Assembly: GCA_013265495.1 (NCBI GenBank)
Contig: MU058687.1
Span: 2,730,001 to 2,794,000 of the forward strand
DNA: 64,000 nt
From: Vicugna vicugna
Taxonomy: Eukaryota
Direction of reading: 5' to 3'
Shown here: piece after piece, positions 13,051-26,230 of the stretch
Layout of the letters: every line of letters begins with the position of its first letter
Numbering within the stretch: position 1 is the first letter of the stretch
The notes under the pieces: model-generated
What the model saw: the letters and a program-made list of their open reading frames with translations, nothing else
The model's database searches: none
What the model was told of the DNA's origin: nothing
Made by a program: the position numbers and the translations under genes

Positions 13051-16000
13051 AAAGTGTGTCTCTTGCAATTGATAAAATTGGAGAAAGACAGTAAAAGAGC
13101 AACCAGGTAGAGGCACCCGCCTGTGCAAAAGCCCTGCGGCTGGAGGAGCACAATTCATTTGAAAATAAAAACAAACAAAAACTGAAGAAAGCCTGAGTGC
13201 TGAGGGCAGAGTGGCTGGGATAATGTGAGCCGAGAGGAGGGCGGGGCCAGGACACGGGGGTCTCAGAGGCCATACTGAGGGTTTGGATCCTGGTGACAAC
13301 AGCAGGGAGCAGCCATCAAAGGGCTTTAAGCAGTGGGTGGGGGGAATGTGGCCTTATTTGCGTTTATCACTCTGGCCCCTGGCTGACCCTCAATAAATGG
13401 TGGCCATTAATACCGCCTTGTCTGTTGGACTTTCTGCTGTCACTTCCCTTAGGGGCCTGTTTGCTCAAATAGAGTTTACAGCAGGCGGCCCCATACTCAC
13501 TTCTGCCAAGTTGACTTCCAGAGATCCAGGCCCGGCCCCACATTTTCCTCTGCCACCCACCCCACTCGGCCTGGCTTTCTGTGCACACAGACCCACCCCT
13601 CCTACATCAGTTTCCCTCTGGGAGTCCCAGAGCCCAGGGAGGCCTGGAAAGGTTTGAGTTCAAGGTGGAATGAATGGGCTGTTTGACAGGGATCTCCCAG
13701 GGCAACCTCCAGGCTTCGTACAGTTTGAGTGGCTGTGGGCTTCCTTTTTTCCAGATGAATCACTGCTCTGTGTGTCTGTGACTGTGTGTGCCCTCCCCCG
13801 ATGTGCCCTGGGGCCCTGCAGTAACAGGAGCGGACTGGATCTGTGCACAGAGCAGCTCCTCCTGTGACTCGAGTTAACTGCAGTGCACTCTGTGCCAAGT
13901 ATCCCGCTGGGTGTTACCGTGCGTTCCTCATCCAACCCTTATGGCAACCCCATGAGGGCACACACCATTATGTGCATTAAACTGAGGCCTTCAATCTTTA
14001 CTGGAAGGTTCAAGTTAACACAGTTGACCCAAAGACAACCCAAGCCCTCCGAGCCCTGAGCTCTTCACTTCTGCCCAGAGCACCACCCTGCCTCTTCTGG
14101 CGGCCCCGGGGCATCAGCGTCAGGGGCATACAGGCTACGTAAATAGGCGACCTGGTATAACTGAGCGCCCTGCTGCACCAGGAAGGGGTTAATTGGGATG
14201 CCCTCAGCAAGCTCTGGTTTGGTGAGGCCAGTTGCCACAGCAACAGCAAGGTTTGGGAGAGAGGGAGGCCAGCACACCAGGATCTTCTGAATCACTGGAT
14301 GTACAGCCCATATGTTTATTCTGTGGTGAACCCCTTCCAGTGTCCTCTGGGACTGCACGTGGCCACCAGGAGCAGCTGTGCAGGGCAAGGGTGAGGGCGG
14401 GGGTTCCCTGAATGGGCAAAACCAAAAGGCCTGGCCCTGCAGCGGCCCCTCGTCCAGGGCACTCTCAGCAGCCCGCCCTGGGAGCCTTTCCCATCTGGAA
14501 GACCCAGGGCTTCTGCTTTCAGCTTCCAGATCCCCAGACTAGGTGGAAACCAGGACAGGAAAGAACACAGATTTGGGGCCAGAAGCAGTTAATTGATCAG
14601 TGATTTATTCACTCTTTTACCAGATATTTATTGCTTGCCCATAATACACTAGTCACTGCACTAGGCGCTGTGATCTGGGTTTTAGCTGGAAGCCAGAGGG
14701 GCCCCACAGGTGCACTCATGGGCCAGAAGGCCCCACCACATGCAGTCTGTGTCACCTCGGGCAAGTCCCTTCCCCTTTCTGAGCTGGTCTGCAAAATGGA
14801 GCCCGTTTTTCAAAACGAGGCTATGTGGATGAGATCATATATTTGAAGCATTTACCTGGGTGTTTAGCACACAGTAGGACTAAATAGGCAGTAGTGACAT
14901 AAATGCCTACAGGCTGCTCCCCTTTCCCTCCAGCCTCAGAAGGAGCCAGGTGATGAGATTCACCAGTGAGGAGCCCTGGACCCTGTAGCTCTGGACCCTA
15001 AGGGTCACCAGGAGGCAAAATCTCAATACCGACCCAGTGAGAGAGCCAGGGCCTTCCCTCCCTGGGTACGGGACCCTGGCTTCCGCTGGCCCATTTATGA
15101 TGCAGGAATGACCCTCCAACACTTACAGGAGGGAAGGTACTTCAACCGACGGGCAGCACCACCATGGGTGCCTGACCATTTCGTTCCACCATCTGAGCCA
15201 GCCCCAGGTCAGAGGAGCCCAAGGCCATACCCCAGGCATGGTAAGACCCCACTCCCGGCTCACACTCCAGCCCAACCAGATTTTTGCCTACAGCATCAGT
15301 CAGCTGCCTGCCGATTTGATTCAAGTTTAATCTTCTAAGCGGGGCTGCCCTAGCTAGGGAGAAAGCCCTTCTGGATGCCTGTCCGTCCACAACTCTGCCC
15401 TCCCTGCTCCCTATGCATTTCATTTCCCATCAGCCCTGAGCTTGACTCTGTAACCTCCCAGGCCTGTGTTCACGGAATGACCCCTGAAGTCATCAAGTTC
15501 AAGCCTCGAGCCACCCTCTGCAGCCTCAGTGCAGGACAAGCCTGAGGGGGACAGGAAGTTCAGCTAGGCTGATTACAGATAAGGGCAAGCCCAAAGCCAC
15601 ATTTACGGAACCAGCAAAGGAGGAGAAAAACATTTAAGAATTTCAGATTTCAAAAAATACAAAACTTCAAAATAGTCATCATGGAAAAATTCAAAACATT
15701 GACAGACCTCCTCACACTTATTTTGTGGCCCAGGACTGACTGACTTTGTCCTGCTCGCGTGGGTGGAGACGGGCTAATCTTTTCGGAGTTCGGTGCCTCC
15801 AGAAGTCTTCATCACAGCCTGGAAATAGAAACGGCACACACAGTCTGTGGATTCCCCTCAAGCCTGTCCCTGGAGACAGAGAGGGAAGATGTTTCCTCTG
15901 GCTTCAATCTGACACCAAAGGAGGTGAGATTAAGCTTGGTAGGAGGTGGTGCTAATAAGATATCCAGGATTTTCTTCTCCAATCTTGAATTTCCTTCTCC

Positions 16001-16242
16001 TCAGCTGGGTGTTAGGGTACATGTTTATACCAGGACAGGGCTCACACAGCGGATCAGAGCTGTCATTGTGGGTGAAATTCTTTCTAGAAGGTCAGTGGGC
16101 TGGGAGGAAGTTGGGGTGGGCTCTGGCAAGTCTGGCTGGGGAACTGCAGAGATGAAGAAGCTCCCAGCCAGGCCGGGCCCTGAGCTGGAAAATCTTGAAC
16201 AAAGGCTCCAGCCAAGCCATAGAGGAAAAGGACAGGCAAGTT

Positions 16243-16404
16243 GGGGAGGGTATAGCCAAAGTGGAAGAGCACATGCTTAGCATGCATGAGGTCATGGGTT
16301 CAATCCCCAGTACCTCCTCTAAGAATAAACAAATACTAAAGAAGCCTAATTACCTCCCCCACCGAAATTAATAAATAAGTTAAATAAGCTTTATTTAAAA
16401 AAAA
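16243..16404 (+). mobile_element. tRNA-derived camelid-type SINE (Vic-1-like)
   Basis: ggggagggtatagcc-aagtggaagagcacatgcttagcatgcatgaggtcatgggttcaatccccagtacctcc (tRNA-like A/B boxes), A-rich middle, ctaattacctcccc, A-rich tail. Diverged TSD ggaaaaggacaggca (16224-16238) / ggaaaaagataggca (16405-16419). Confidence 0.85.
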
Positions 16405-16562
16405 GGAAAAAGATAGGCAGACAGACATGCCTAGCAAACATGGCCCCTGTGAGGAAGCCAGAAGACACGTGGACTGGAGAAGGAAAGGATGCAGGTGGGG
16501 AGAGAGGAGAAGAGAGCCCAGGGCAAAAAGCCTGAGGATTTTTTTTCTATCTTTCTTCCTTT

Positions 16563-17857
16563 CTTTTTCAATAGACTTTAATTTTTTTTTTTTGAGCATT
16601 TTTAGATTCGCAGCAAAATTAAGTAGAAAGCACACAGAGTTCCTATACACCTCTGCCCCAACTCACACACAGCCTCCTCCCTCACCATCAACATCCCCAC
16701 CAGAACGCTGCATTTGTTACCATCGGAGAACCTATCCTGACACATCATTATCACCCAAAGTCCATGGTTTACACTAGGGTTCACTCTCGGTGTTGTACAT
16801 TCTATGGATTTGGACGATATTTGCACCACTGTAGTATCGCATAGAAGAGTTCCGCTGCCCTGAAAGTTCTCTGTGCTCCATCTAGTTCTCTCTCCCTCCC
16901 ACCTAACCCGTGGCAACCATGGATGTTTTTACCATCCCCGTAGTTTTGCCTTTTCCATAATGTCATATAGTTAAAATCACAGTATTGTAGCCTTTTCAGA
17001 TTGGCTTCTTTCACTGAGTAACAGGCATTTCAGTTTCCTTCGGGCCTTTTCATGGCTTGTAAGCTCTTTTTTTTAGTGCTAAATAATATTCTATTGTCTG
17101 GATGTACTATAGTTTTGTTTGTTGTTTTGTTTTTTATTTTGGTGGGGGTGAAGGGGGGAAGTAAATAGGTTTACTTATCTATTTATTTTTAACCAAGGTT
17201 CTGAGGCCTGAACCCAGGACTTCATGCATGCTAGGCACACTAGCACTGAGCTACACCTTCCCCTCCATACCACAGTTTATTTATCCATTCACCTACTGAA
17301 AGCCATCTTGGTTATTTCTAAGTTGTGGCAGTTATGAATAAAGCTGCTGTAAATATCTGTGCAGGTTTTTGTTTGGACATAAGTTTCAACTCCTTTGGGT
17401 TAATACTAAGCAGTGTGATGGCTCAATCATGTGGGAAGAGTAGGTCTAGTTTTTTTAAGAACACACCAAACCATTTTCCAAAGAGGCTGTACCATTTTGA
17501 TTCCCACCAGCAATGAATGTTAGTTCCAGTTGCTGCACATCCTCACCAATATTTGATATTGTCAGTGTTCCGGAATCTGGCCTTTTTAACAGGTATGTTG
17601 TATTATCTCATTGTTGTTTTAATTTGCAGTTCCCTAATGCCACATGATGTGAAGTATCTTTTCATATGCATATTTGCCAAGTGTTTATTTTCTTTAGTGA
17701 GGTGTCTGTTTAGGTCTCTGGCCCATTTTTTAATCAAGTTGCTCATTTTCTTGTTACTGTGTTTTAAGAGTCCTTTGTATGTTTTGGATACCAGTCCTTT
17801 CTGAGACGTCTTTTGCAAATATTTTCTCATCTGTGGTTTGTCTTCGCATTCTCTTGA
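16563..17857 (-). mobile_element. L1MC1-like LINE-1 3' portion (ORF2 C-terminal remnant plus 3'UTR)
   Basis: ORF 17603..17830(-) reads as decayed L1 ORF2 (GLVSKTYK...IKKWARDLNRHLTKE...IRELQIKTTMR); 3'UTR motif acacatcattatcacccaaagtccatggtttacactagggttcactct. Confidence 0.88.
17113..17264 (-). mobile_element. Camelid-type SINE inserted into the L1
   Basis: Reverse-oriented head gaacccaggacttcatgcatgctagg...cactgagctacaccttcccc with T-rich tail; flanked by diverged tactatagttt / taccacagttt. Confidence 0.8.
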
Positions 17858-18329
17858 ACCTCAGCTTTTGAATTGATGGTTCCAGCCCTTGACTGAGCCA
17901 GATGTGGTGTAGGGTTTAGCCATTTCCACCCAATTCAGGACTCCTATAACGGGCAGTCTTTGCTGTGGGCACCTAGGAGGCTGGCAGAGACCTTATCAGA
18001 TCTGCATCTGCATGGTCTGCTGGCCCCCCACCCTGTCCAATCTGGAGTTCCCTCTATTCCTTCCCAGGGGCTGCTCCCCGTTATCCCATGCGCACACTTA
18101 ACTTTATCTCAGCGTCTGCTTCAGATCCAACTAACCTAGTGCTGGGGAGGAAAGAAGTCAGAGAGATGGGACAGAGAGGGTTTGGGGGGAAGTCAGGGAA
18201 GGCCCAACTAATAATGTCACCATATTGGGCTGAAATCTGGAGCCAGGACAGCACCCGGCAGCCAAGGGGGCATGAGGAGGGAAAGCAGGTGTTAAGGCTC
18301 TTGCCTATGTGACTGACATAGGGGATGCC

Positions 18330-18560
18330 TGCCCGAGATGCAGGAGGAGATGAGGCCACAAAGGTTCAAAGACTGGGATGGGAACACATCCTTCAGGCCA
18401 TAGTCAGAAGTTTGGATCTATTCCAGATGCAGTGAGTAGCCACTGGAGGGTTTTCAGCCTAGGAGTGACATGACCTGATTTGCATTTGCATTTTTAAAAG
18501 CTCGCACTGGCAGCTGGGTGGAAAATGGATTACAAGAGAGCAAGAGGGGAAGCACGGAGA
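18330..18560 (-). mobile_element. L2 fragment
   Basis: gaagtttggatctattccagatgcagtgagtagccactggagggtttt...ggagtgacatgacctgatttgcattt. Confidence 0.65.
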
Positions 18561-18654
18561 TCAGTATGGCATTTGATTGCTTTGTTTAACACAAGTATCC
18601 CAGCCCAACACCTTCTCCCCTGCAAAGACAGTCATGCTGGCCTGTTGCACAGAA

Positions 18655-18960
18655 TCCCATGCACGCACACAGCAAACATACACACACACACATACACACA
18701 CCCTTCATGGACCCCCACACTCGTAAACACCCACAGACTCTCCTGCACACATGTGCACGTGCGTGCATCCGTGTTCACCCACATGCACGGACGCATACAA
18801 GTCTATGCACACGTGCTCCCATACGTGGCACCAGCAGAGATTTTCATGCATGTGCAAGCACTCACCTCCCATTTATACACACAGTTCTTCACGCGTATAG
18901 GAGATGCTTTCATGCACATACACACATAGAGCTATACACATTTCTACATGGCTACACAGA
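18655..18960. repeat. Degenerate (CA/CATG/CACG)n low-complexity tract
   Basis: About 300 bp of near-continuous purine-pyrimidine alternation. Confidence 0.8.
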
Positions 18961-19599
18961 TGCACCACTCCTCATTTTCCAAAGAGAAGCAGGTCTGAGC
19001 AGGGGAGGTGGCTGAGGAGAGGTGTTAGGGGTTTTATGAGAGGAGGAGGTAACTGTGAACCTACTCAGTCACTGGATAAAGAATGTCCAAACAGATGCCT
19101 GCTTTACCCTAAATTGCACCTGATGGTTGCGCCAGTCAGTTATAGCGACACTGCATTAAAGGCTTCATTCATCAGGCTGGGCCCCCACCCAGCTCTGCAG
19201 TTCCTCCTCACTCAGCCCCTGGCAGGCCCCTGCCCACCCAACCCAGCATCCTTCAGCCCTCACTACCCTCCTAATGACTCATAGGGCATGGGGGAGGGCT
19301 TCTGCCCCCAAAGACCTGGGAAGTCCTACAGCTCATGGGAGGGGAAGGAATGGGAAGCTTCCTTCAGGACCTTACCTGCTAAGGCAGGCAGGGGGCAGAG
19401 GACAGGCTTGGGGGTTAGGGAGGTAGTGGGGGTAGGGGCTACTTTGAAAAAATCTGGACTCTTCAAAAAGACCTTTCAAGACCCTGGAGGACCTGCCCCC
19501 GCCCCCCCTGCCAGCGGTTCCTCTCCATCACTTCCTCCCTCCGGCTCTGAGCCCCAGCCACAGTGACCTGCCAGCACCCAGCTGCTCTTCAAACAAACA

Positions 19600-19900
19600 T
19601 CTTCAGACCTTTGCCTATGCTGCCCCCCTGCCACCTGGAACAGCTCCCTAACTTTCCAGACTTGGCCTAGGAGCCACCTTCTCAGGAAAGTCATCTCTGA
19701 TTGACCTACCATGCCGCTCCAGTCAGAGGTCCCTCCTGTTCTCGCCTCCATCTCAGGGCTCCCTGCACTGCCCAGCACCCACTGGGTGATACTTGTCTGT
19801 CTCCCCTTCAGGGCAGAGAGCACGTCTGTTTTGTGCACTGCTTCCCAGCACGTACGTAGGAGGTGCTCAATAAATGTTTCTTGAATAGATGAATAAATGA
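19600..19900 (+). mobile_element. L2 3' end
   Basis: acctttgcctatgctg...agggcagagagcacgtctgttttgtgcactg...gtaggaggtgctcaataaatgtttcttgaatagatgaataaatgaa. Confidence 0.8.
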
Positions 19901-20235
19901 ACGTTGCTCCTACGTGCCAGTGAAAACTAGAAAGAAGCTTAGTTTTGAAAAGAATGCCGTGTTCCCTTTCCTTTCTTTGTTACTCCAGGGGTCACTCGGT
20001 GATCACTAAGTCTCCAGCTTGCATCATAGGATGTCTGCAGCCATGATTTTTCTTCTACCTTCTCCACCTTCAACCAACTCTGGAATGTGTTGCTGGAATG
20101 TCAACCCCCTGAGTTGGGGCAGGAACTAATGAGGGAGATTTGGAAAATAGAGTGACATGGGTGGAGAAATTCAAATTAATATAAATAATTCCCTGTAACT
20201 TACTATAGGGAGAAGGTGGTGAAAAGAGAGAGAGA

Positions 20236-20237
<2 letters not shown>

Positions 20238-20280
<43 letters not shown>
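20238..20280. repeat. (TG)n microsatellite, about 21 units
   Basis: Directly visible perfect TG run. Confidence 0.95.
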
Positions 20281-20282
<2 letters not shown>

Positions 20283-20434
20283 GTGTCTGTTGGCAGCGAG
20301 GATAAGGCTGGCATTTGAGGATTGAAGAGACCAAAAGAAGGTCCCAGGAGGAAGAAGACCATAAACAATCAAGATAGGGCTGAAGTAGTTTGCTGATTAA
20401 AGGAAAGGGCTGGCTGGGAAATGCTGAGAAGTTG

Positions 20435-20516
20435 AGGGGGGAGGTAATTAAGTTTATTTGAACCCAGGACTTCATGCATGCTAAGCATGCACTCTGCCAC
20501 TGAACAATCTTCCACC
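20435..20516 (-). mobile_element. Internally deleted camelid-type SINE
   Basis: ggggaggtaattaagtttatt joined directly to tgaacccaggacttcatgcatgctaagcatgcactctgccactga. Confidence 0.75.
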
Positions 20517-21097
20517 AAGGATCATGGCCTTTCTGATCCCAGCAGAATCCTACTTCTCTTCCCAAGGAGCAAAGAAATATGGAAACAGATATCTATCATT
20601 TACTGAGTGTTTACTCCAGAGAAGGGAAACATATTCTACTGCCACATCCTTGTCCACGCCATGACAACCATCCCTAATCAAACGTGAGTGCACCTATCAC
20701 CTCCAGGCCAGGATGGGGAGTCAGAATTCTCCTCAGCACGGTGCTCCAAAGAGCCATTACTGATCAACTGGAGCTGGCACGTAAGGTGGACCCTTTTTTC
20801 CATTACCCATCTCCTAAGTGCCAAGTGCTTAATAAATTTTTCATTCCATTCTCACAACAAATCCATGAGATAAAGATTATTTTCCAGATAAACAACAAGG
20901 AAGAGTCAACCTGGTTGGGGAATCTGACCAAGTTCACACAGATAGTATGAGTTGGGCTGAAAATTCAGACCCTAAGGTCTGTCGCCAAAGCCCATGCTCT
21001 TGCCACTTGACCATGTTGCCTGCCTCCCCTGGGCATCTGTACCACCATGTTGTGGGCATTTGTTGGGGCTCTGCTGCCTCCCAATCTCCAATCTTCC

Positions 21098-21470
21098 TGT
21101 ATCATTTGAGGTTCCAACAGGAAACAGGTATTACTCTCCAACAGAACAACTGGGGGTCTTTTCAAGAAGGGGCTGTTTACTAAGAGCAGGCAGTGCCAAG
21201 GGAAACCAAAATAAAAGGCGAAGACCTGAGGGGACAGGAAGGGAGATGACTGGGAGCTGGAGAGAGCCGTGGCTGCAAAGGAAAGCGGCAAGGGGTACAA
21301 ATACCCCAGCCTCTATCCTCCCACCCTCCAGTCCCTACCACTGGTGCCTTCCATTGGACAAACCCAACTGGAAACCAGAAGGCATGGGAGTTCAGCTGAC
21401 GCGGCCCACACGGGTCAGCCTCCTGGGCTTCAGGGTCAGGAGGAAAGGATAGAAGGATGGAACTCTAGAT
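21098..21470 (-). mobile_element. ERVL-class LTR (LTR16-like)
   Basis: tgtatcatttgaggttccaacaggaaacag...ccattggacaaacccaactggaaaccagaaggcatgggag...gtcagcctcctggg. Confidence 0.55.
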
Positions 21471-21554
21471 GAGCAAACTGAGAAAGCCGTCTACAATGTT
21501 CCTTTCTCATTTGGGGGCAGAGGGAGGGAACTTCCCTTCCTGAGGAGTGTTTCT

Positions 21555-21856
21555 GGGCTGATAGTGTAAGTCCCAGTCCAAGGGCAGGAGAAGACTCATG
21601 TCTCAGCTCAAGTGACCGGGCAGAGACAGAAAATTCTCTCTTCCTCCATCTTTTTGTTCTATTCAGGCCCTCAGTTGATTGGATGAAGCCCACCCACCCA
21701 CTTTGGGAAGGACAATCTGCTTCACTTAGTCTACAGATTTCAATGCTAATCTTATTCAGAAACACCCTCACAGAAATACCCAGAATTACATTTGACCACA
21801 TAACTGGGCATCCTGTGGCCCAGTCAAGTTGACACATAAAATTAATCATCATCACA
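21555..21856 (-). mobile_element. MLT2-type ERVL LTR fragment
   Basis: tttttgttctattcaggccctcagttgattggatgaagcccacc...aatgctaatct...aaacaccctcacaga...tggcccagtcaagttgacacataaaattaa...caca. Confidence 0.8.
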
Positions 21857-24800
21857 CCCAGATGGCAGAGGAATGGTGCCAGGAAAGGCATCCCAAGCAG
21901 GCTGTCCTGGGGTGTGACCTTGGCAATGATGCTGACTACCTAGCATCCCTTGGATCCTGCCCATCTTCCGAGCTGGGTCTCCAGCCTCCTGCTGATGCTG
22001 TGAGCATCCCCAAAAGCTTCCAACACGTCTTTCCTCTGCTTAAGAGTGTCAGAGTCCATTTCAGTTACTTGCAATAAGAACCCTGCCTGGTACAAACACA
22101 AGGACAGAGTGACGATGCTTATAGTAATGGGTGGTCCCCTGGCAGGTACACCAGGATGCATCTGGGGAGGATGCATCTAAGCTGCCCATCACGGAGGTCC
22201 CCAGAGGCTCCCAGTTCCCCTTCTGAACGTCATGGTTCTGCCATTCACGATATTAAACAAACCTGCTCTGAGGTCATTCGTGTTTTTGACTGAGCTGCCT
22301 CCGGGACACCCCAGCGGAGTGAATCCTACTGTATGTGTCCCACTCCCAGTCGTGGTTTGCTTTTGGAGGCTGAAGAAGGACAGACCACCCCAGCCCCAAG
22401 ACAAGACCCTGCCGCAACCCACTTGTGGCTGCCCTGCAAGTCGGTAGTCCTGCACCAGATGCCCCCCACCCCGGAGGACTCCTTGGAGGGACAGGCCTCT
22501 CCCTGCCCGCTGGGCAGACACCCCCACCCCTTCAGCAGCCTTCCTTTGCCAGAGGCCTGCAGCTGAGGTGTGTTTATCTTGACTGAGCTGCCCTAAGACG
22601 TAGCCAGCTGCGTTACCACCTCCATCCCCACCCTGACGCCCAGGATTCGGATGTCTCTCTGGATGTTCAATATTTGCTCAGGGAATTAGAAGAAAAGCAA
22701 AGCAGAAACCACTGAGGTGACAGACTGGTGCCTGAGGTAACTGGGCCACAGAGAGGGCAGAAGGGCCTGGGGCAGAGCAGCCTGAGAACTGGCTGGAGGG
22801 AACCAAGTGGGCCCCGGACCCAGGGGGCTCTGGCCTCTCCCTCTCCACACACCCCTCCCGGGGCCCCAGTCCATGGCGCATGTGCACACGGCAGCACGAG
22901 GGTCTGACCGGTGAGCAGCGCTGACGCACCACGCCCAGGGGCCAGGGGCCGTGGGGTCGCCAGGCTGCAGTGAGAGCAGTGTGCACGTGTTCCTGCCCTC
23001 AGGAAGGCTTCTGGGGGACACAGTGGGATAAGCACTCTGGTGGGAAACTACAGGGAGGCACAGACATGTCTCAGGGGTAACTTGAACCAGCTCCTCTCTT
23101 GGAGACCCTGACCCTCTTCCTCTTCCTGCAGGCCCATGGGTCCTGAGGACAAGCCTGTGGCTGGATTCCCCAGTGTCTCCACTCACCTCCTCCATCTGCC
23201 CTCATGACAGGGCTGGAGACGGATCCTGAGAGGTGGTCTAGGGAGCCCGGGATGCCTCCTCCCTGACCTCTCACTGCCCCTGACACTGGCTGCCTCTGCC
23301 CTGCGGTGTCACTGTCCCACCCAGCAGCCCCCAAGTTCGCGGGAAATGGCTCTTCCCAGGCCAACAAGTTGTGTCCCTATTCCAGGACAGAGAGAACCCC
23401 CAGCCCCCACGGAATCTTGCACCAGGCACAGCCTGGCAGTTTTTGCTGAGGAAGCACAGATGGGGCCCCAGTCCACAGAGGAGAGCAAGGATCGGGGGCC
23501 ATTGCTCCAGGGACCGCATCAGGCCCGGGCTGTCTGTGTCTGGGCCACCTGTCGGGCCTCACCAGGCACACTCAGCCCGCCCCTTCTCCAAGGCAGCTGA
23601 CAGAGTGCAAGCCCTAGAGCTGGGCGTGCACCTCTGCCCACTCTGCTTCCCCCGCCACCCCCACTGTCTCCCCAACCTTCCCAAGTTGCCCGCTCAGATC
23701 TGGGTTGATGGCAAGGGGTTGGGGTAGGGGTCAGGGGCCTAAGCACATATGAGCTTCTCTCAATCCTGGCTCAGTGGGTCAGGAGGGAGGGTTGAGTGGG
23801 GCGGGATAGGGGGCAGGGAGAGTCAACCTTTCATTATGGCTTCAGAAAGCATACCCACCCCCCAGCCCCCATCCGAAAGCTGGCTGGCATTGGCATGCAC
23901 CGTAAATCTCCAGGACGCTGCAGCTGTGACTGGATTATTTATAGCTCCAGTCTTACATTTCTAACACGAAAATATCACACAAAGGGAAAGGTAATGAAAT
24001 CTCACCTCTCCTGCGCGTCCCTCACTCCAAGCTGCAGGGCTTTCAGAAGCCCCTGTGGCTGAAGGAGGGGTGAGAGAGGCTCGCCACCCTGCCTGCCTCT
24101 CTCCCTCCTCCTGTCAGTCACACACATCTCTCCTCACCCCGACTTCCCTCTCAGACACATTCGCTCACGTCTCTTTCTCTCTCACACATGCATTTCCTCA
24201 CAGATGCCCCGACAATCCTGTTCTCTCTCCCCCTCTCACCTTGCCCTGCCCGAGCTCTTCTACCCTCCAGACACACTCCCCACATCCTCACCCTCCTCCT
24301 TCCACCACTGCTGTCTCCCTGCGTGACACCTCCTTCCCTGTGCTCTCATGTGTTTGCTTTTTTGCTTTGTCAATGAAGATGCCGGCATGTTAATTACCAG
24401 GCCTGTCCCCCGCAAGGCACCTCAGCATCTTGTCAATAGTGGGTGGAAGTGTCAGTTTACATTCATCTCGCTCTGCCTGTATAACTCCTGTGGGCACTTC
24501 CTCCCCAGGGGGACCCATTCTGTGGCACATGGCAGTGAGCACACGAGTCCCTGGGCTTGACACACACAGACACACAGAAAACACGGGCCATAGAACACGC
24601 CTCTCACCCCGCGGGAGGCAACATCAAAGGATGTGCTTGGCAGGTTGGATGCGGGCCCAGATTGGGTATTTTACGGAGCAGAGGACCAGGAGTTCCTCCT
24701 TCTGCCTCTTGTGTGACTGTCTTGGTAGTGTGATATAGGATCAGCCCACAGGCACAATCGGAAACTCTGAGCCCTGTGCAAGCTTCCATGGAGAGCCAAG

Positions 24801-25309
24801 GCCACAGAAGAATAATCAGAAAGAGGCACTTCCCACTGCAGTCCTGCCTTGCAAGGCCCACAACTCCCTCCCAGCCAGGTAGTCACAGTGGTTGGGGACT
24901 GTGTATGTATGTGTATGTGATGTGTGCTCACGCACTTCTTGTGCTGGGATGAGGGGAGGTCACAGACCAGGACAATTCACCCTGGGCTAGGGGCCAAGGG
25001 AGGGAGCTGGGGACAGAAACCCTGCAACCCACCACAGGGTAATATTTCCTGGAATGCTATCTCCTTGTTTAATCTTAAAAATTCACCTGGCTTTTGGTAT
25101 TATATCTGTCATCATCACAGTATAAAAATGTCTTAAATCACTTATAATTAAATACTTAATTTCTTTCTGAAATCTTTGCTTAAATATTACCTTCTTGGAA
25201 GTTGAATCTCAACAACCCTGAAACACCCCAGTTAAAGACCTAGGGAACCATTCCATGGGGTAAGGAGCTGGGGTATGAAACCATGGGGTAAGGATAAGGA
25301 CAGGGACTC

Positions 25310-25510
25310 TTGCGTATTTAGCCTGGCTCTGCCATTAGCTGTGTGACCTTAGCTAAATCACTTAACCTCTCTGTGCTTCAGAACTTTGACCTGTAAAATT
25401 GGGATGATAATAGCACCTGTCACACAGGGCTTTTACAAGGATTAAATGCATTAATGTATATAAAGTGCTTAAAACTATGGCTAGCACAATATAGAGGTTT
25501 GCAATTATTT
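25310..25510 (+). mobile_element. MIR SINE
   Basis: cctggctctgccattagctgtgtgacctt...cacttaacctctctgtgcttcag...ctgtaaaattgggatgataatagcacct...ggattaaatg. Confidence 0.8.
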
Positions 25511-25949
25511 TTCTGTAGAAGGCCAGCATGAAGCCACTGAATTAACCCACAGGCACTGAAATTACAGATCACTCCTGCCTCCCTCCTAGGATGTGCTTCT
25601 GCCCCCAACTCCATGCTTCACTTTCAGCGCAGGCCTCTAATCATGCATTCTATCTGCAACACAGTTACTCAAAAGCATTCCCCTTCTATTCCAGGCACTG
25701 TTCCTGGACTGGGCATTCAGTATCACACAAAACCCTCTGGAGGGGGAGGTGGAAACATGCAAACAGCATTTGGATCACATTCAGAACTGAAGATCCAAGG
25801 ATGAGTAGTTGTCATCCCTTTTTTCAAAGAGTTACTGCCTCTCTGCAGGGAGCCAGCAGCAGACAGATAAAAGAGTGAGGGCGGTGCAGGGTGGATATGG
25901 TGATATTGTCACGTGGCTTGGAACATACTTGCCTCATGTATATATAAGT

Positions 25950-26230
25950 TCTCTTCTCCGATGTCACCTCATCTTCAGGGCCTTCCAGAACTGCCTACAT
26001 AAAACAACACTCTCCCCATCCTGTCAATCACTCTCCCCCTCCCTACTTTATCCATCTTCATAGCATATGACAGATGCTGACATATTTTGATATATTTGTT
26101 GTTGGTCTGCCCCACCAGAATGTAAGCTGCCTGAGGACAGGCCCTCTGTTTCGCCTCCTCCTGAATGCTCCATGCTTACAGCAACAACTGGCAGATACTA
26201 GGGGCTCCAAAGATGTCTGCTAAACAAAGG
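25950..26230 (+). mobile_element. L2 3' fragment
   Basis: atgtcacctcatcttcagggccttcc...gtctgccccaccagaatgtaagctgcctgaggacagg. Confidence 0.65.

Noticed and set aside
16243..16320. tRNA-like sequence with A and B boxes
   Set aside because: It is a SINE head: followed by SINE body, A-tail and TSD, and repeated in decayed form elsewhere in the window.
17517..17830. ORFs with L1 ORF2 similarity as an active gene
   Set aside because: Short, truncated, decayed L1 remnant.
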